Shown piece after piece: positions 62,539 through 64,000 of a stretch of 64,000 bases of DNA (the first letter of the stretch is position 1; every line of letters begins with the position of its first letter). The stretch lies in contig CATNEN010000032.1 in the NCBI GenBank assembly GCA_950097015.1, positions 1,240,001 through 1,304,000 of the forward strand, in the 5' to 3' direction. Source of the stretch: Macrostomum hystrix. Lineage: Eukaryota; Animalia; Platyhelminthes. The notes under the pieces were generated by a model. The model worked only from the letters and a program-made list of their open reading frames with translations, did no database searches and was not told the DNA's origin. Both the position numbers and the translations under genes were made by a program.

Positions 62539-63316
62539 GCAGATGAGGCGCGAACTGACAGCCTCAGATTACGCCTCGCTGGTGCCAATAGCCGAATCGG
62601 TGGACAATCTTCGCCGATCGAAGACGCAGACACAAGACGCCGCCGCTGCTGAGACAAAGACACCAGCGACAAAGACGACTCCACCAACGGTTCACCAGAT
62701 TGAAAAGTCGAATCGTCGTGGCAGTCGTCCGCGTCAGCGACCCATCAAGAAGTCGCTGCTGACTAAGCCGATGGTTGCGGCGACATTCTCGCCCCGGCGC
62801 GACAACGACGCCGATGCCAGCTTGGTTGTTTCCACCCTGGCTGCCGGCGTCGCTTCATCGGAGGGTCCAAACAGTCAAAACAGTCAGCAGCCAGCGGGCC
62901 GGGTTGCAACCGGGCGCGCGCTGTCGTCGACTTCGACGCCCGCGCAATTGAAGCGCGTGAACCAAGGCAAGCCTGGCGCGGAAGCGTACCTGTCCATTGT
63001 AAGCGTCTTGACCAGCCCTCTGGATCACCGGATTTGGTCAACGGGTGCCATTGGTGGTCGTTACCCAAAGCCTTCGCAGCAGCTCCCTCAGCCGCCACCG
63101 CCGCCGCTGCTGCCGTCGCCGCCGGCCACGCCCCCGCCTCCGCCAGTCCGATCGGCTCCGATGCCTTCAACGCCACGAGACGCCACCGCTGATGAGGATC
63201 TTGAAGCTACTCAAAGTCCGCTGATGTCAGCTTCTGTTACGTCGCTGACGTCCACGAAGAACTCGGACCGAGCGTCTGTGGGGGCCATTGTGAAGATTCC
63301 TCGTGCCGATTATTAG
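60550..63316 (+). CDS. Low-complexity Pro/Gln/Ser/Ala-rich protein of unknown function (~647 aa); exons 60550-60879, 61606-62178, 62276-63316
   Basis: Three GC-rich open segments joined in frame by phase-0 GT-AG introns (AAG|GTATGC...CCAG|GTA; GCG|GTGAGT...CCAG|ACT). Contains poly-P, poly-A and poly-Q tracts; ends VGAIVKIPRADY*. No recognisable domain; the true start may lie further upstream. Confidence 0.7.
60910..61570. repeat. 31-32-bp intronic minisatellite with the hairpin TCTAAC-AG-GTTAGA
   Basis: About 21 copies of ACACATCTGTCTAACAGGTTAGATTACTAGCA or the ...TGGA variant. Confidence 0.94.
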
Positions 63317-64000
63317 AGATTCAAGAACTAAATTTTTAAGCATACTACTAACTTACAAGTAGTGTGTCCTAATTTTCAATAGTCATTTTACTCAAAAATT
63401 AGATTTTACTGTCACTCACTACAACCCTTGTTCAAATTCAGCTATAAACACACGTCTTCCTTCAGAACAAAATAATAGAGTAATGAATAAAAAATAATAT
63501 AACTTTCAGTTTAAACTTATTTAACATGTGATTCAAACAAACAGAAGTTTTGATTTTATACTTATTTTTTATTTTATCGAAGCATACATACGGTTTGCGT
63601 TGCCTTAATTGCAATACGAGGGTCGATCAGCAAGACTTTAGCCTGAGTGTGATCCAAGAGAATAATAGGCACGAAATAAGTCTTTGTTTCAGACCAATTA
63701 CATTTAGAAGTTTTTAGCGAAAAAATGAATGTAATCGTAATGTAATACTTTGGTATGGTTTTAGATCTCAAGTTTCATGGAGGCATGGCTATGCACTTTT
63801 GGTGACATTAGTGACATTAGACGCACGTAGGATGCGCGCTAATGTCCTTTAGTCTATGTCTAGTTCATAGACTAAAGTTTAGTAGACTAATTAAAGGAAT
63901 AGCTTAGACAAACATTTTTGTCTATGGTGGGAAGTGGGGGCTTCGCCTATGTGGGTGGCCAATTTTATTGCGATGTATGCATAGGCTTATTGGCGCACGA

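Overview
Eukaryotic (animal) genomic DNA with spliced genes. GC-rich exons, ~70-nt minimal introns and large introns filled with 13-41-bp minisatellites resemble the flatworm Macrostomum; the species call is inference only. Gene models were hand-spliced with GT-AG and phase checks: MAK16 (+, 2559-3610); a TCF/LEF (pangolin-type) HMG-box factor (-, 6940-10836) whose model lacks a beta-catenin-binding domain; a GH35 beta-galactosidase of the GLB1L2/3 type (+, 14152-24718); a C6orf118-like coiled-coil protein (+, ~26597-29265); an orphan-looking, probably GPI-anchored mucin built on an 18-bp coding repeat (SSQSPM)n with two furin sites (+, 36508-40816); a LEV-9/Hasp-like WAP + 8x CCP (sushi) protein ending in GRR-stop (+, 52715-58405, with a possible alternative first exon at 47394); and a low-complexity protein of unknown function (+, 60550-63316). 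Also present: a tRNA-derived SINE (29461-29752) with a partial second copy, a possible LTR-element 5' end at the left edge, a cluster of RFX X-boxes, more than 20 distinct minisatellites, and a nested higher-order repeat (41128-46080). Most very long ORFs in the supplied track are stop-free minisatellites, not genes. No CRISPR array or rRNA gene was found.
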